This document shows positions 61,321 through 64,000 of a stretch of DNA of 64,000 bases, one piece after another; the stretch's first letter is position 1, and each line of letters starts with the position of its first letter. The translations under genes were made by a program, and so were the position numbers. Origin of the DNA: Lingula anatina (lineage: Eukaryota; Animalia; Brachiopoda); the NCBI GenBank assembly GCA_051362555.1, contig CM120640.1, positions 60,614,788 through 60,678,787 of the forward strand. The letters run 5' to 3'. The notes under the pieces are model-generated. The model saw nothing but the letters and a program-made list of their open reading frames with translations, did not search any database and had not been told where the DNA came from.

Positions 61321-62789
61321 CTATAAAGAGTCAGCAGTCATCTACTTTATCTCATTGTGCTAAACAAAAAAGGCCTTCGCTATGGAAATATTAAAGAACC
61401 AGCTGTCATCTGCTTCATTCAAAAAAAAAAAAAATGAGAATGCAATTGATCCACTTTAAGGCCATCACATAATACCTCTACTCCCCTCCCCTCCCTTATC
61501 TCTCGGCGTTGCAAGCCGCGTTTTGCAGTTGTCTGGACGATAGTCGCTCGCCGCCGCCAGTCTATAGTATAATTGAGCAAACGTGGCATCCCCCTCGCCA
61601 ACGTGCCCATTGCATACCAATCTACAATCACGCCCCCGCATTTTTTTTTCTGTGAACCTCAACTTTTTGCATCCGCGTTTGGCGGCAATACGCAGCTTCA
61701 GAAGGTTCGTCTTACGACGAATTCAGTAGGTTTTGCGGTAGACGATAAAGAGCTTGCAAAAACCGAGACTCTTGCAGTATTTAGATTGGGCACAGACGGT
61801 GACAGCAGTCAGTTCAAGTCTTCCTAGGCGGTGATTTTTTTCCTTTGAGAACAGACGAAAACTCATGCGCGTGCGGATATCATCCGTCAGCGTGGTCCGG
61901 CCTTCATCATAACGCCCAGCGCTCCACACAGCCAGTAAACGGAGTTAATTTTATTGGTCTAAACCGTTGGAAACGATTTTATGAATGTTCATTTTACCCG
62001 TAGTACCCATTTCAAAGAAAGATGGAGTGCTATAATGTTATATCGTGTCAAAATTGACAAAATCGCTATTTTGTGCATTGTTATCACCGCGGTTTTCTTC
62101 TTCCCGGTGATATGGCTTGTCGAATGAATAACGCAAGGTCCAATCGTTGTTTTCTAACTATGAAATATTTTATTCTGGCGATGACTTTCTCTACAGTATA
62201 CAACGATGTACAGGTAGTAACGGCTGCTGGAAGATCAGTGATACGTGTTGCAACCTCTGATGATCAGAAACACTTGTGTTGCTGTATCAACACGCTCTCC
62301 CTTTTTATTCTATTCGGTCACCAAGCCCAAACAGCGGATGGTATCCCCAAATATTCGGAGTATCCTCCACTTTTTACTTTCCCCAAACCGGAATGAGATA
62401 AAAAAATAAACATGAAACGCTCATCCCGGATCTTCCCAGTCTCGATCCTTTAGACTTAAGATTTAGATATATGTCAAATTGTTAAAAACTATACACTCTT
62501 GATTGTTGTCTGTTGCCGATGAAAACAACCCCCAACTTAATCTAACGTATGCAGAAATAAAATCATTATGGTAATGTAATGTTATGGTTTGTCTGTGCAT
62601 TTGGCAGCCTTAAGGATATCAATCCAACTCTTCGGGGGACTCTCACTGAATGCAATCAGTTTAACAGATTAACTTGCCTCCTCCTGGTGATAACAAGTAG
62701 AATACAAAAAAAGCCAGCGATTACACGAATAAGTTGAAAAATCTGTTAATCTGTTAAACAACTCTGTTGGGGATCCCTTAGTGCAGTCA

Positions 62790-64000
62790 CCGTAAGGGTA
62801 GGTAGACCGGGGCTAAACGCCCCACTTAAGCAAGAAACGTCAGTTTTCCCTTCTGAAGGTATAGACCGTTCAAAGTGGGTGTCAACTATAAAGGCCATAC
62901 CTAGACTACAAACTTATACTAACGCTTTTGAAAACAAATGACATAAAAACCCTATAGGAAGAAAATAGGTGAATAATAAATTCGGCCTTTTTGCCCCATT
63001 GTTGGGGCAATACGTCTAGCACCAAGGGGCTAAACGCCTACCGTGGGCGTCTTGCCCCAAACTATAAGCGTTATGCCCCGCCTTTTTATACAGAGCAAAA
63101 TAAAATCAAATTACATTTCTACGGTAAACCTTTAAAATCAACAGATAATATTTGTCGGGGTATTGTTTTAAACTGAGACAGGAAAAAAAGACATAAATTT
63201 ATTCAAAATAAGAGTTTTATTTATTATTTAACAGTATAACTATATATCAAAACTAACAATACATCTATCTTTATAGCGTTCAAGTACTCTTTCTGTCCGG
63301 GTCCTCTAATCAATATTCCATTCGCTAATCTGAGAAGATACTTGTAAGCAAAAGTCAAAATTGGTTATAATTAACAGTTATTTTATCTTTAAACAGTATT
63401 GCTCTAACTCAAAACTAAAAGGACTATTGTATCTATAACCTTCAGCTAGTTTCATACCGTTTCTCTCACAATTCTAATTCCTATTTTTCTACTCTGAAAA
63501 GACAATGTCAAACGTTGGTAGAATAAACAGCTAAGTTTTTCATCAAATAGTAAAACTACCTCTCAAAACTAACTTCTAACTACTCTCCGTAATACTATTA
63601 TCTTAATAAAAATATCAGCATTATTCAGAGTCATCTAATTCACAGTTTGGACAGAATTCTATGGCCCAGGAAACAAACAAATCATGGCTTTTCCTCACGT
63701 AAGTGAAATAACTGAGGATAAACATAAAAAACATGCACGAACGAACACTTGCGCATCTTTTCAGAACTATATTTATTTTAAAAAAAGATAAGGGGGAAAA
63801 ATGCATAGTGATAAATGTTGAGAGTCCTTCAGTGCATTCCTCATGGGCCCAAAGAAGACCGGACTGATACTAAATCCAGATATCCCGCGGTCTTGTGCGA
63901 CTTAAAGGTTCGCAGCAGATGAGACACGGCCATTCCTCAACGTCGCTCGTTTCTTCATTAGCTGTTTACTTTCCTCTCCTTTTGATATTTCCGCTTTCCT
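62790..64000 (-). mobile_element. 3' end of a degenerate pogo-like (Tc1/mariner superfamily) DNA transposon with a C-terminal PHD-finger remnant
   Basis: Minus frame EETSDVEEWPCLICCEP...DIWI*YQSGLLWAHEECTEG..TFI [insert] CPNCELDDSE* is a decayed C4HC3 PHD. Subterminal ggggctaaacgcc / ttgcccca repeats at 62808-63080 are typical of such element ends. Confidence 0.6.

Overview
AT-rich, intron-rich eukaryotic DNA from an invertebrate animal (a lophotrochozoan is plausible, but that is inference). Left to right: (1) the 5' half of a minus-strand GH31 neutral alpha-glucosidase (GANAB/GANC family) that runs off the left edge, with nested HINE/DINE-like repeats in an intron; (2) a minus-strand kelch-repeat gene, head-to-head with (3) an F-box/LRR-like gene whose CDS is a single exon; (4) a complete 2.2-kb Helentron-derived HINE; (5) a ~24-kb, many-exon TEP1 gene (TROVE-vWA-DUF4062-NACHT-WD40; vault/telomerase-associated); (6) PUF60/half-pint (minus), head-to-head with (7) NHP2 across a ~230-bp bidirectional promoter that carries a Staf/ZNF143 site; (8) several MITEs, a degenerating C2H2 zinc-finger array, a long inverted repeat and the end of a pogo-like transposon. 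The most striking observation is at the 3' end of TEP1. The last WD40 exon either reads through to a canonical stop (...LEWIG*) or splices in phase, across a 279-nt GT-AG intron, to an intronless exon encoding a complete NADAR (YbiA/DUF1768) domain. This predicts a TEP1-NADAR fusion: an RNA-binding STAND/NACHT vault protein carrying a candidate ADP-ribose/N-glycosidase eraser. All gene models were assembled by eye from splice signals and remembered family motifs; no database search was run.
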